Of a stretch of 64,000 nucleotides of DNA, positions 30,681 to 39,240 are shown one piece after another. A program made the translations under genes and the position numbers. The number at the start of each line of letters is the position of its first letter. The first letter of the stretch is position 1. This stretch comes from Spartinivicinus poritis. Lineage in GTDB: Bacteria; Pseudomonadota; Gammaproteobacteria; Pseudomonadales; Zooshikellaceae. A model generated the notes under the pieces. The model was not told the origin of the DNA. It was given only the letters and a program-made list of their open reading frames with translations, and did no database searches. Where the stretch lies: contig NZ_JAPMOU010000004.1 in NCBI RefSeq assembly GCF_028858535.1, positions 149,473-213,472 of the forward strand, read 5' to 3'.

Positions 30681-30720
30681 TATAAATGTAAAAAGACTAC
30701 GCAAGTAGTCTGCAATGAAA

Positions 30721-30849
30721 TATACCCAAAGCGAAGGGTTTTTAGGTGAGGCTATCGAGTGATGAAGCCCCGTGAGCCTATAAATAATAGGTGATTGGGG
30801 TGAGTCACGATGATAACAAAGCCTAAAAGCGATTCGCGAAAGGTATAAA
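30721..30849 (+). repeat. MITE-like structured repeat, copy 2 (internally deleted, direct orientation relative to copy 1)
   Basis: TATACCCAAAGCGAAGGGTTTTTAGG ... GAGCCTATAAATAATAGGTGATTGGGGTGAG ... GATAACAAAGCCTAAAAGCGATTCGCGAAAGGTATAA matches both ends of copy 1. Confidence 0.75.
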
Positions 30850-31231
30850 AGAGGTTAGCGGTTGTTGCCGCTGTTTAGCTTAATTAAATAACAGCATTAA
30901 ATTTATCAAAACTTAAAGTGAATGCAGGAAGCAATTACTTAAGGAATGGTGACTTTAATGAGGTAGCTAAAGCTGTACTAGTAGTTACCAGTTATTTAAT
31001 TATTTGGTTCGTTATTGAATCATTCCTTACAGGGTTACATTCTGTGGATCAACCACATACGATGTACAAATGTAAGCGAACCATTCTTTAACCACCACTA
31101 TTCAAGTAACCGCCCCTAACTTCTTTAGTTATGATGAGTCGCTTTTTAGTAGTTAATCAACTACTGACCAGTACTCATCATGACTAATAAGTCCTATTTT
31201 TAAGGGCATTTAGATTTAATGGAGATGTATT

Positions 31232-32770
31232 GTGTTTAAGAAAATAGTTGTCGGGCAAAATGAGCGACTAATTGTTGTTAAAGATAAAAGATTAAGTAAA
31301 GTTCTATCGACAGGAGTACATTATCTGCCTATTTGGCAATATGATGATGTAGAATTGGTTAGTACTGAGTCAGTACGCTTCACTCATGACAGCCTAGAAC
31401 AGTGGCTAAAAGAGCCTGTATTTTTACAATATTTTGATAAACTAGAGTTAGGCCGATTTGAAGTTGGGTTAGTTTATAAACATGGTCAGCTTTGGCAGTT
31501 ATTAAACCCGGCGACTACCCACTATTTGTGGAAAAATAGTGATGATATTGAGGTGCGTACCATCAATACCGAAAATAGTTATTATCTTGAAGATGATCTA
31601 TTATGGCAATTAACAAACAAAGAGCAGTTTGTTATTAATGCTAATACCAGTAATGTTACTACCCATAAAGTTAATGCAGGATTCGTTGCTTTAATCTATG
31701 TGGACAGCCAACTTATCGATTTGCAAGGTGAAGGTGAGTTTGGAGTATGGCAGTATCAGCGCAAAATTGAAGTAGTCATGATGGATACCCGCAAAGGGTT
31801 AAAACTTGATTATATATTGCAGGAAAACTGGTTAGAAATTCCTGCTGTTGCAGAACAAATTGCGCTATTTAAAACTGAACCACAGCAAGTTGGGCTACTG
31901 TATGAAGTACAGCATGGCCAGCGTCGTTTTAATCAATTACTGCCACCAAATACTGAAATTGCTGTATGGCAACAGAATAAAGTGTGGGAGCTTGATCTGG
32001 TTGATATCAACAACGACTTTCGGGTAACCAAACCATTGCTAGATAGCTTACGTCAGTATTTAAGTGGCCAGTGGTTAACAACCTCTATCGACCAACAGCA
32101 TATCGGTTTGCTACTGCAAGATGGTCAATTGGTTAGCACCCTGAATACTGGGCTACACGCTTATTGGCCTTTTGGTCGCCAACTGGAAATAAAACAGTTT
32201 GATTTACGCTGGCAAACAGTGGAAGTCAGTGGACAAGAAATATTAACCAAAGATCGGGTTAGTGTGCGGGTCAACCTAAACGCCAACTATCGTATTTTAG
32301 ATGCGGTAACGACTTTTGAAAGCGTTAACAATGTTAATGAGTTTATTTACCGTACGTTACAGCTAGCATTACGAGAAGCCATAGGTACACGAAACTTAGA
32401 TGATTTGTTAATGGATAAAGAGCATGTAAATCAGCTATTGCTAAAGCAATCAGCGGAGCATTTATCATCTATTGGGATAGAGCTTGGTCAACTGGGAATA
32501 AAAGACATTATTTTACCTGGTGAGATGAAGGAAATTCTTAACCAGGTGGTTAATGCCCAAAAATCAGCAGAAGCTAACAGCATCAAGCGTCGGGAAGAAA
32601 CAGCTGCTACTCGTAGCCTGCAAAACACCGCCAAAGTTATGGAAGGCAACCCAACTTTGCTGCGCTTGAAAGAACTGGAGTCATTGGAGAAAGTAGCAGA
32701 AAAAATTGACCAATTAAATGTATATGGAGGATTAGAACAAGTAATGAATGGCTTAGTTAAGCTAAAGTAA
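31232..32770 (+). CDS. SPFH/Band 7 (stomatin/prohibitin-like) domain protein
   Basis: 512 aa. N-terminus VVGQNERLIVVKDKRL is typical of the SPFH beta-start. The C-terminal region carries an SPFH core and coiled-coil (ILPGEMKEILNQVVNAQKSAEA...). No NfeD partner adjacent. Confidence 0.75.
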   Translation: MFKKIVVGQNERLIVVKDKRLSKVLSTGVHYLPIWQYDDVELVSTESVRFTHDSLEQWLKEPVFLQYFDKLELGRFEVGLVYKHGQLWQLLNPATTHYLWKNSDDIEVRTINTENSYYLEDDLLWQLTNKEQFVINANTSNVTTHKVNAGFVALIYVDSQLIDLQGEGEFGVWQYQRKIEVVMMDTRKGLKLDYILQENWLEIPAVAEQIALFKTEPQQVGLLYEVQHGQRRFNQLLPPNTEIAVWQQNKVWELDLVDINNDFRVTKPLLDSLRQYLSGQWLTTSIDQQHIGLLLQDGQLVSTLNTGLHAYWPFGRQLEIKQFDLRWQTVEVSGQEILTKDRVSVRVNLNANYRILDAVTTFESVNNVNEFIYRTLQLALREAIGTRNLDDLLMDKEHVNQLLLKQSAEHLSSIGIELGQLGIKDIILPGEMKEILNQVVNAQKSAEANSIKRREETAATRSLQNTAKVMEGNPTLLRLKELESLEKVAEKIDQLNVYGGLEQVMNGLVKLK

Positions 32771-32806
32771 ACGTTGTGGTGCATATAGATGCACCACAAC
32801 GTTTTT
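32771..32806. terminator. bidirectional hairpin terminator between the convergent SPFH and 438-aa genes
   Basis: Perfect 14-bp stem ACGTTGTGGTGCAT-ATAG-ATGCACCACAACGT followed by TTTTT. An A-tract lies on the other side. Confidence 0.65.
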
Positions 32807-32832
32807 AATAAAAACAATTGATATTAAATAGG

Positions 32833-34149
32833 TTAATTACTTTCCCAATTGAATACTGTGCCGTCACTAAAATGAATCATCACTGTATTAGGCTTCACTA
32901 CTTTTTTGTTTAATAAATAATCTTTACTGCTAAAATTGGCGGTAATCGTGGAGCCATCACTAAAGGTTGTTTGTTGTACTTGTCGACTTTTAGTTAAGTC
33001 AAGAAATTTCACTAAAGCCTTATCCCAAAGTTTTTCATGAGCTATCTGAAATCCTTTCGCATAGTGTTTTAAAGCAGGCAACCGCTTTCGTAAGCTATTA
33101 CGACTAATATGCAACATTGGCGGTGTGTTATATAACATCGCGGTTAAATCACGTACCACTTTCACATCGGAAAATTTTAAACTGTCTGCCCCCCAATGGT
33201 AGCCATTAATAACAGCATCATGAAACACGGCCTGATATAACGGCAGTTTATACTCGGGCGCAAACAATAAATTTTTATAAAGCATTTTGACTTGAGCTGG
33301 CTTAAAGAAAACCTGCGGCTCGTCATTTGGCCACCAAGTACCAAGATAATATGGTGATTGTTTATTTTTACGCATGTCTGGATCACGCCAACCAAAACCT
33401 GTAGTTTGAATTCCATGAGCAAATACTATTGACGACGTATTAATTGCATTACCATCTTCAGAGCCTAATGGTAGTTGATATTGATCCACAAACCACTGCA
33501 AGCGATAATTAAATCCTTTTGCCATGGTAGACTGGGAGTGTAAACGTTTAGAATGGTAATCCTCATAAAGCATTCCAGTGGCATCAGCGTCCAAAAATAA
33601 ACTATTAAAACCACCATAGTGCATGATTTTAGCAGTACGTTGCTGATAGTAAGTTTGCATACAACTTGGATTGGTATATACTCCTTTTCCTTTATAGCCC
33701 ATTTTTTTATATCCATCTTTCTTAACAATGCCACAGTTTTCCCGTAACTGGCTAGGTATCTGAGCAGTCAGCCAATTATCATTTACCCCCATCGGTATTG
33801 CTGTATTATACGAATCATAGGTGCTTATTAAGTAGCCAGCCTGTTTTGCCGCTATGACAGCCTCTGGATGATAAAAAGCTGAGGTCCAACTGGGTGTCAG
33901 TAATAATAATTTATTCAATTTGGCTGTTTGAAAATCCTCTATGACAGGTTTGGATAATCCCTGTCCCCAATTGACTACTGGCTTTAAAAAAACTCCCAAT
34001 CTTGCTTTCACTATTTTTTTTCTTTTTTTTGCTACCAGGTACTGCTGATCAATAAAATCTCTTTTATCCGGATCAGAAGAGACTGGTAATACTTTTGTGA
34101 ACGCATGATTAAGCATTTCAATCACTTTACGCTGGTGATAGTGATTCAT
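32833..34149 (-). CDS. hypothetical protein (large, possibly carbohydrate-active/TIM-barrel-like)
   Basis: 438-aa ORF with good coding statistics. No confidently recognised motifs; the carbohydrate-enzyme idea is tentative. Confidence 0.55.
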   Translation of the reverse strand: MNHYHQRKVIEMLNHAFTKVLPVSSDPDKRDFIDQQYLVAKKRKKIVKARLGVFLKPVVNWGQGLSKPVIEDFQTAKLNKLLLLTPSWTSAFYHPEAVIAAKQAGYLISTYDSYNTAIPMGVNDNWLTAQIPSQLRENCGIVKKDGYKKMGYKGKGVYTNPSCMQTYYQQRTAKIMHYGGFNSLFLDADATGMLYEDYHSKRLHSQSTMAKGFNYRLQWFVDQYQLPLGSEDGNAINTSSIVFAHGIQTTGFGWRDPDMRKNKQSPYYLGTWWPNDEPQVFFKPAQVKMLYKNLLFAPEYKLPLYQAVFHDAVINGYHWGADSLKFSDVKVVRDLTAMLYNTPPMLHISRNSLRKRLPALKHYAKGFQIAHEKLWDKALVKFLDLTKSRQVQQTTFSDGSTITANFSSKDYLLNKKVVKPNTVMIHFSDGTVFNWESN

Positions 34150-34300
34150 CCATTGTGAATTTATACCCGTATCGAATCATTTTTAGGTTTTGTTATCTTC
34201 GTTCCTAATCACCAAGGATGGTGTGAATGCAGTTAATGCATTATGACATGGATGTCATGTATTAGGGCAATGCAGGAGTAGTTGCCTAGGAGCATTTAAC

Positions 34301-34504
34301 TGTCACCCCAATCACTTATTAATATAGGCTCATGGGGACAAGTCTACTACTGTAAGACTTGCGGTAGCGACTTTAATGGATATAAAAGTGCTACTGGAAC
34401 TCGTCACTTGATGGCTTACCAATAACGCTGTTTTATCAATTAATGCTATTATTGCTAGCCTCACTGCTGTAGGCTAGCCCTAAAAACCCTTCACATTGGG
34501 TATA
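34301..34504 (-). repeat. MITE-like structured repeat, copy 3 (inverted relative to copy 1)
   Basis: Its reverse complement begins TATACCCAATGTGAAGGGTTTTTAGGGCTAGCCTACAGCAGTGAGGCTAGC and stays ~90% identical to copy 1 through ...GGGGTGA. Confidence 0.8.
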
Positions 34505-34610
34505 TATAACGTTAAAAACACATAAATATTAAAGCAATCAATATCATAAAAAGCGTTTATAACAATTTTTTACCAGTTAGGCTTATGAAAATTATATAGC
34601 TCAGAACCTA

Positions 34611-34871
34611 TTACTGCCACTTGCACAGAGGCTGCTCATAGATAGTATATTTCTCACAGCTACTTTTAGTCCTAAATCCTCCACACCATTTTTTTAAATT
34701 AAAATCTTGCGTCTGGTAATTATTCTCTGAATTTTGTAAACAGCTTTGTGCTTTAACTTCAACATAACCTGGATATAAACTTAGCTCTGGTTTATCATAA
34801 CAATAATTCATGACTGATTCTTTATCATATGATCCAATAAATACAAATAAATTATATAATTCTTTTAACAT
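34611..34871 (-). CDS. small Cys-rich hypothetical ORF downstream of bla (overlaps its 3' end by 20 nt)
   Basis: 86-aa ORF with 6 Cys. No SD check possible. Could be spurious. Confidence 0.25.
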   Translation of the reverse strand: MLKELYNLFVFIGSYDKESVMNYCYDKPELSLYPGYVEVKAQSCLQNSENNYQTQDFNLKKWCGGFRTKSSCEKYTIYEQPLCKWQ

Positions 34872-35643
34872 GTAATGCTTCTTTTATAATCTGTTTTCTT
34901 AGTTTTCGTTGACTATCTTTCATTAGATCTATATTTATTGCAAAAAACCATGTTTGATTATCCTTCTCTAGGAAACCAACATACCAGCCTATGTCTATCC
35001 CTTTTCCATTTTTCATTACCCAACCTGTTTTTCCATATAGTTTATATGATGGATTACTTTCATTAAGCATAATCTTCTTAGTTTTTTTCTGATATTTTTT
35101 GTAGTATGGCAGTCTTTCAGAATATAATTTTTTTAGAAACTCAATTTGTTGATATGCATTGATTCGTAACTTTCCATCTAACCAAAACGTCGTTAAATTG
35201 CCTAACTCTCTATTACCATAGTTCATTTTTTTTAAGTGATACCGATACTGCAATCTCCCAACATCTTGAGCTACCTCTTGATAACACCATATACATGAAT
35301 TGGATAATGCAGACTGTAATGTATGATTTTGATTCCATATCTTCCATCCTTTATCTTTTCCATCCCATAAAAATACATGACCATCAGGATTTATAGCCCC
35401 CTCTGCAAGACCAATTAGTGTATTAGGGATTTTGAATGTTGATGCAGGTAAATAATTTTTTTTTGCTCTAGATTCATTATGTATGTACACTTTTTTTCCA
35501 TCAGTGGACGATATAACCAATGTACCATTTACATTATATTTATTGAAAATGCTTAATAATTGCTTATCCTCAACCCCATATGAAAAAACAGCCTGAATAA
35601 ATAAAAGCGAACCTAAAAATAGGTTTTTGATATGTATCTTCAT
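34852..35643 (-). CDS. blaOXA: class D (OXA-type) beta-lactamase
   Basis: 263 aa with a signal peptide. Class D motifs are present: STFK (PASTFKIPN), YGN (NYGNRELG), KTG (YGKTGW) and W.xG (IGWYVGF). Confidence 0.85.
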   Translation of the reverse strand: MKIHIKNLFLGSLLFIQAVFSYGVEDKQLLSIFNKYNVNGTLVISSTDGKKVYIHNESRAKKNYLPASTFKIPNTLIGLAEGAINPDGHVFLWDGKDKGWKIWNQNHTLQSALSNSCIWCYQEVAQDVGRLQYRYHLKKMNYGNRELGNLTTFWLDGKLRINAYQQIEFLKKLYSERLPYYKKYQKKTKKIMLNESNPSYKLYGKTGWVMKNGKGIDIGWYVGFLEKDNQTWFFAINIDLMKDSQRKLRKQIIKEALHVKRII

Positions 35644-36243
35644 GATTTTAGAAGCCTATTAATGTAAATTGAAAAAACTATTTTATATAAATAACTAAGA
35701 AACTTTGTACTTTTCTGATGATCAATTATGATAAAAAATGGCATTAAGTACCCATTTATTTAATCTTACCGAGCACCCTATTATTACACGCCTTGCCTCT
35801 CACGCTAGAATTTAAACAGTAAATTAGTATTGTATTTATTGTAATGGGTATTACACTCCAAAGGTAAAAGTCAATAAAATATTTACCTATTTACAAAGAA
35901 AAATATAGAGGGTAATCAACAAGAAAGAAGATTATTATTTAACTTGGCATTAATTATATTTACATTCTTAAAAGATGTTTAATTACACAATAAATTCTGA
36001 ACTTAATAGATATTTGTACTTATTGTGGTAGATATTCGTCCATCCAACGTACACTTTAAGTGTGAAGTTATTAAAGTGTACGCTATGACCTACTAAATCT
36101 TTAATTGAAGGGTTCGTTATTATTTTTCGTCTATATTGAGTTTAATTCTGAACAGTTGACTTGCTGGAGATAAAATAGTGATATTTCTTTATTTGATATA
36201 ATTTCTTGCTTTGGCTTTATTTTTACTGTTGCACAAAACAAAT

Positions 36244-36777
36244 TTAAAGATTGAATCCAGCTTTTATCAATGTATTTTTTTTGTGCTGGTTGATTTTTTT
36301 ATAACATGTATTTTTATCATTGCATGTCTTTCTTATATCAGTAATTGTTCCTCCCATCTGATATCCATCTTTTTCTGCATTGAATAACGTATAGCCTACA
36401 TGCACCTTAAACTGGCCATTTTTACATGGCTGAATCACTTTAGTAATTAGTGAGTTAGATTTATTATTAGGAGAATAATCTGCAACTTCGTTTAGTACTT
36501 TTTCTTTTATAATGTCTTCAAAGCTATTATATGTACGATTAGGAGAACCTATTAATGCAGCAATTTCACTTGATTCTATTCTCTTAGCAAAATCACTACG
36601 TTTTAATTTAACCTTATCAAGATCTAATTGCTTTTCTTTACAGGGAGAGCGTATAACACTTAATTCATAAGGCGTTAAATTATATACTTTAAAAGTATAA
36701 TTCTCAGGTGCAGCCTGAACTGTCAGTACTACCATTAAATTACTAATGATAGCTAGTTTAATTCTATACAACCACAT
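36244..36777 (-). CDS. secreted hypothetical protein
   Basis: 177 aa. Signal peptide ...LMVVLTVQAAP. Lys-rich and AT-rich gene in the low-GC insertion. Confidence 0.5.
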   Translation of the reverse strand: MWLYRIKLAIISNLMVVLTVQAAPENYTFKVYNLTPYELSVIRSPCKEKQLDLDKVKLKRSDFAKRIESSEIAALIGSPNRTYNSFEDIIKEKVLNEVADYSPNNKSNSLITKVIQPCKNGQFKVHVGYTLFNAEKDGYQMGGTITDIRKTCNDKNTCYKKINQHKKNTLIKAGFNL

Positions 36778-36947
36778 TATTAATTACTCAAATGCTGACT
36801 ACTTTGATATAACACTCAACAGCAGGCAGACATCTTCTAGTTCTATCAGATTACATTAAGCTGGTGAAGGATACAGATAAAGGCTCCTTTAAACATCATA
36901 GGTTACTGCCCCTATCAAGATTATTATTTTATGCCATAAATACTAAT

Positions 36948-37250
36948 CTAATTAGCATTACAAGGATATCGACTTACAAATGCTCCTTCAGGATTTTTAG
37001 TTTTTGCAAGATCGGCAACTGGATATTTTTCACACATTTTGGTAATTTTGCTACCAAGATTAAACTTATCTTCAATATGGTGTTCTTCCGACGCAATAAC
37101 CTGACCATCCTTATAAGCATAAAATGTGTAGATACCCTTTGGCAGACCACCAACTGCATTTCTTAACCATTGACTACTACAACCACTCAGCAAAATTAAA
37201 CCAACAAATAACAAGACCAATTTTTCTTTCATAACAAATCTTTTAGTCAT
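36948..37250 (-). CDS. small lipoprotein (hypothetical)
   Basis: Lipobox LLSGCSS after a hydrophobic segment. 100 aa. Confidence 0.5.
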   Translation of the reverse strand: MTKRFVMKEKLVLLFVGLILLSGCSSQWLRNAVGGLPKGIYTFYAYKDGQVIASEEHHIEDKFNLGSKITKMCEKYPVADLAKTKNPEGAFVSRYPCNAN

Positions 37251-37385
37251 ATAAATAATTGGAGATAAGTAAACTTATTATTTTCAAATAATATTAACAA
37301 AATGTCACGTGAATGTAACATTTTCAACAAATATAAGACAATTTAAGTATAAACACCTACTCTTTTTGAAGATATTGAGCGAATA

Positions 37386-37691
37386 TCAATCAGATCTGTT
37401 TTCATTTATTAGCATTGAGTAAATGCAATTCAATGTTAGACTTTCAACTACCTCTAACTCAAAACTACCAGTGTTTAAACAGTTTTTTGCAACAGTTATG
37501 ACTGAGTCAATCATAGACAATGCCCATTCTATAGGGATATCTTCTCTTAGTTTTCCTTTAAGCTTCAAAGCAATTAACTCACTTTTAAGCCTGTTTGTAG
37601 CATTAAATTTTTCACCTTGAATTAATTGTATTACTAAATACTCTATATTACATTTTTTTCTTTCAAATACAGTTGATGAGTTTTCGTTCAA
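37386..37691 (-). CDS. hypothetical protein
   Basis: 101-aa ORF. Preceded (5') by a copy of a ~40-bp motif that is also found 5' of bla. Confidence 0.4.
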   Translation of the reverse strand: MNENSSTVFERKKCNIEYLVIQLIQGEKFNATNRLKSELIALKLKGKLREDIPIEWALSMIDSVITVAKNCLNTGSFELEVVESLTLNCIYSMLINENRSD

Positions 37692-37970
37692 TTACATTTA
37701 CCTTATTATTAGAATGCCTATTACCTAACAAGCAAGTATATCCAACAGAATTGCTTTGGCAGGCAATCCTACACCAAGGCATTATAATAACAATGGTTTT
37801 ATGAAGATCAATTATGACAAAAAATGACATTAAGATAATTTTAAGTGCTCACTTTTCAACAGTGATTCCAGCATTCCAACACAACAACACCTTCTCAACA
37901 CCAATATTTACACCAATTTATTAACGACACCTGAACTATTGTAGTTACACTGCTCCTTTCCCAGACACGC

Positions 37971-38213
37971 TTGCACAGTTGGCTGTATTATCTAACGTTT
38001 ATTTTCTTAACTGCCTTTGTATTTTTAAATATGATGGTAGATACGATCTTAGATGTAATGAGCCAAGAGCAAGAAAAATTTCGCGCTGAATCTCATGGTG
38101 AAACAGAAGAAGGTGGTACACCTGCCAGTCGGGCTCAGATTGAAAAGCTAGAAAAAGAGTTAACTGAAATAAAAGCGCTATTAAAACAACAAACATCTAT
38201 CAAAGAACAATAG
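37971..38213 (+). CDS. hypothetical membrane-anchored coiled-coil peptide
   Basis: 80 aa. N-terminal hydrophobic helix then a charged coiled-coil. Weak support. Confidence 0.3.
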   Translation: MHSWLYYLTFIFLTAFVFLNMMVDTILDVMSQEQEKFRAESHGETEEGGTPASRAQIEKLEKELTEIKALLKQQTSIKEQ

Positions 38214-38277
38214 CTACTTTTAGTTAGCCCAGCGAAATTTATCTTCTGAGCTAACACAAACTGTAGGACACCTTTAA

Positions 38278-39240
38278 TCAGGAAATATAACTATTATTAA
38301 GTGCCGCAGCCGCTCCCACTAACCCAGGATATTCACTTAATACTAAATAAGTAGGTATTTTTTCTGCGTAGCTTTGTAACCGCCCTTTATTTTCAAATGA
38401 TTGCCTAAATTGACTCGCAGCAAAAAAATCTTTAAAGCGTGGAATAATACCACCCATTATGTAAACGCCCCCTTCTGCTCCCAAGATAAGCGCTGCATTA
38501 CCTGCAGCAGCACCCAACAAATTACAGAAATGGGCTAGTACTTGATGCTCTATTGAGTTTTCATCACTTAATGCTATGGATGATATATCAGCTGCTGACT
38601 GCTGCTTAACAGGTACTTTGTTTAATTGGCAATGGGCTTCATATAAATCCACCAAGCCGGCACCACATAGCAGTCTTTCAACTGATACGCGTGGATACTT
38701 TTTTAAGAAAAATTCCAGAACATCCATTTCAAAGCGATTGCGGGGGGCAAAATCCACATGGCCGCCTTCGCCGGATAATGCTAACCAACCACTGCTGGTT
38801 GAAGCTAATCCTGCCATACCTAGCCCTGTGCCCGGACCAATCACCAATTTAGTTTTATTTGCAACAGCTTCACCGCCGCCTATTTGCATTAATTCATCGT
38901 TAGTTAAATAAGGTACTGATAAGGCAAGTGCCGTAAAATCATTAATTACCTTAAATGAATCAAAACCAAATTGCTGCTGCACAGCTGACTGTGAAAAATC
39001 CCAATGGTTATTGGTCATTTTAATTCGGTCTTGATGAATAGGACAAGCAAAGGATAAACAAGCTTGTTTGACATCGGGATTGCCCACCAATGCTAAATAA
39101 TCAGCTAACGCATCTGGCATATTGTTATAGTCTGCGCAGGGCAGCACTTCGATTAACTCAGGCTGCACACCCCCATCTAATACCATGGCAAACCGGGCGT
39201 TTGTGCCCCCAATATCACCAACGACAATTGGTTGGTTCAT
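38278..39240 (-). CDS. glk: glucokinase
   Basis: 320 aa. N-terminus [15 protein letters not shown] matches the Glk ATP-binding motif. Overlaps the edd stop by 4 nt. Confidence 0.9.
   Translation of the reverse strand: MNQPIVVGDIGGTNARFAMVLDGGVQPELIEVLPCADYNNMPDALADYLALVGNPDVKQACLSFACPIHQDRIKMTNNHWDFSQSAVQQQFGFDSFKVINDFTALALSVPYLTNDELMQIGGGEAVANKTKLVIGPGTGLGMAGLASTSSGWLALSGEGGHVDFAPRNRFEMDVLEFFLKKYPRVSVERLLCGAGLVDLYEAHCQLNKVPVKQQSAADISSIALSDENSIEHQVLAHFCNLLGAAAGNAALILGAEGGVYIMGGIIPRFKDFFAASQFRQSFENKGRLQSYAEKIPTYLVLSEYPGLVGAAAALNNSYIS

Noticed and set aside
36864-37166. 100-aa + strand ORF and 61-aa - strand ORF (36974-37159) overlapping the lipoprotein gene.
   Set aside because: Overlap the better-supported lipoprotein ORF (lipobox plus hydrophobic signal). 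Low-complexity translations.
34611-37850. Integron gene-cassette array hypothesis for bla plus the small ORFs.
   Set aside because: No intI or attI in the window. The spacers are long AT-rich stretches without recognisable attC core/inverse-core pairs. Reported only as a co-oriented gene string with a shared 40-bp box.
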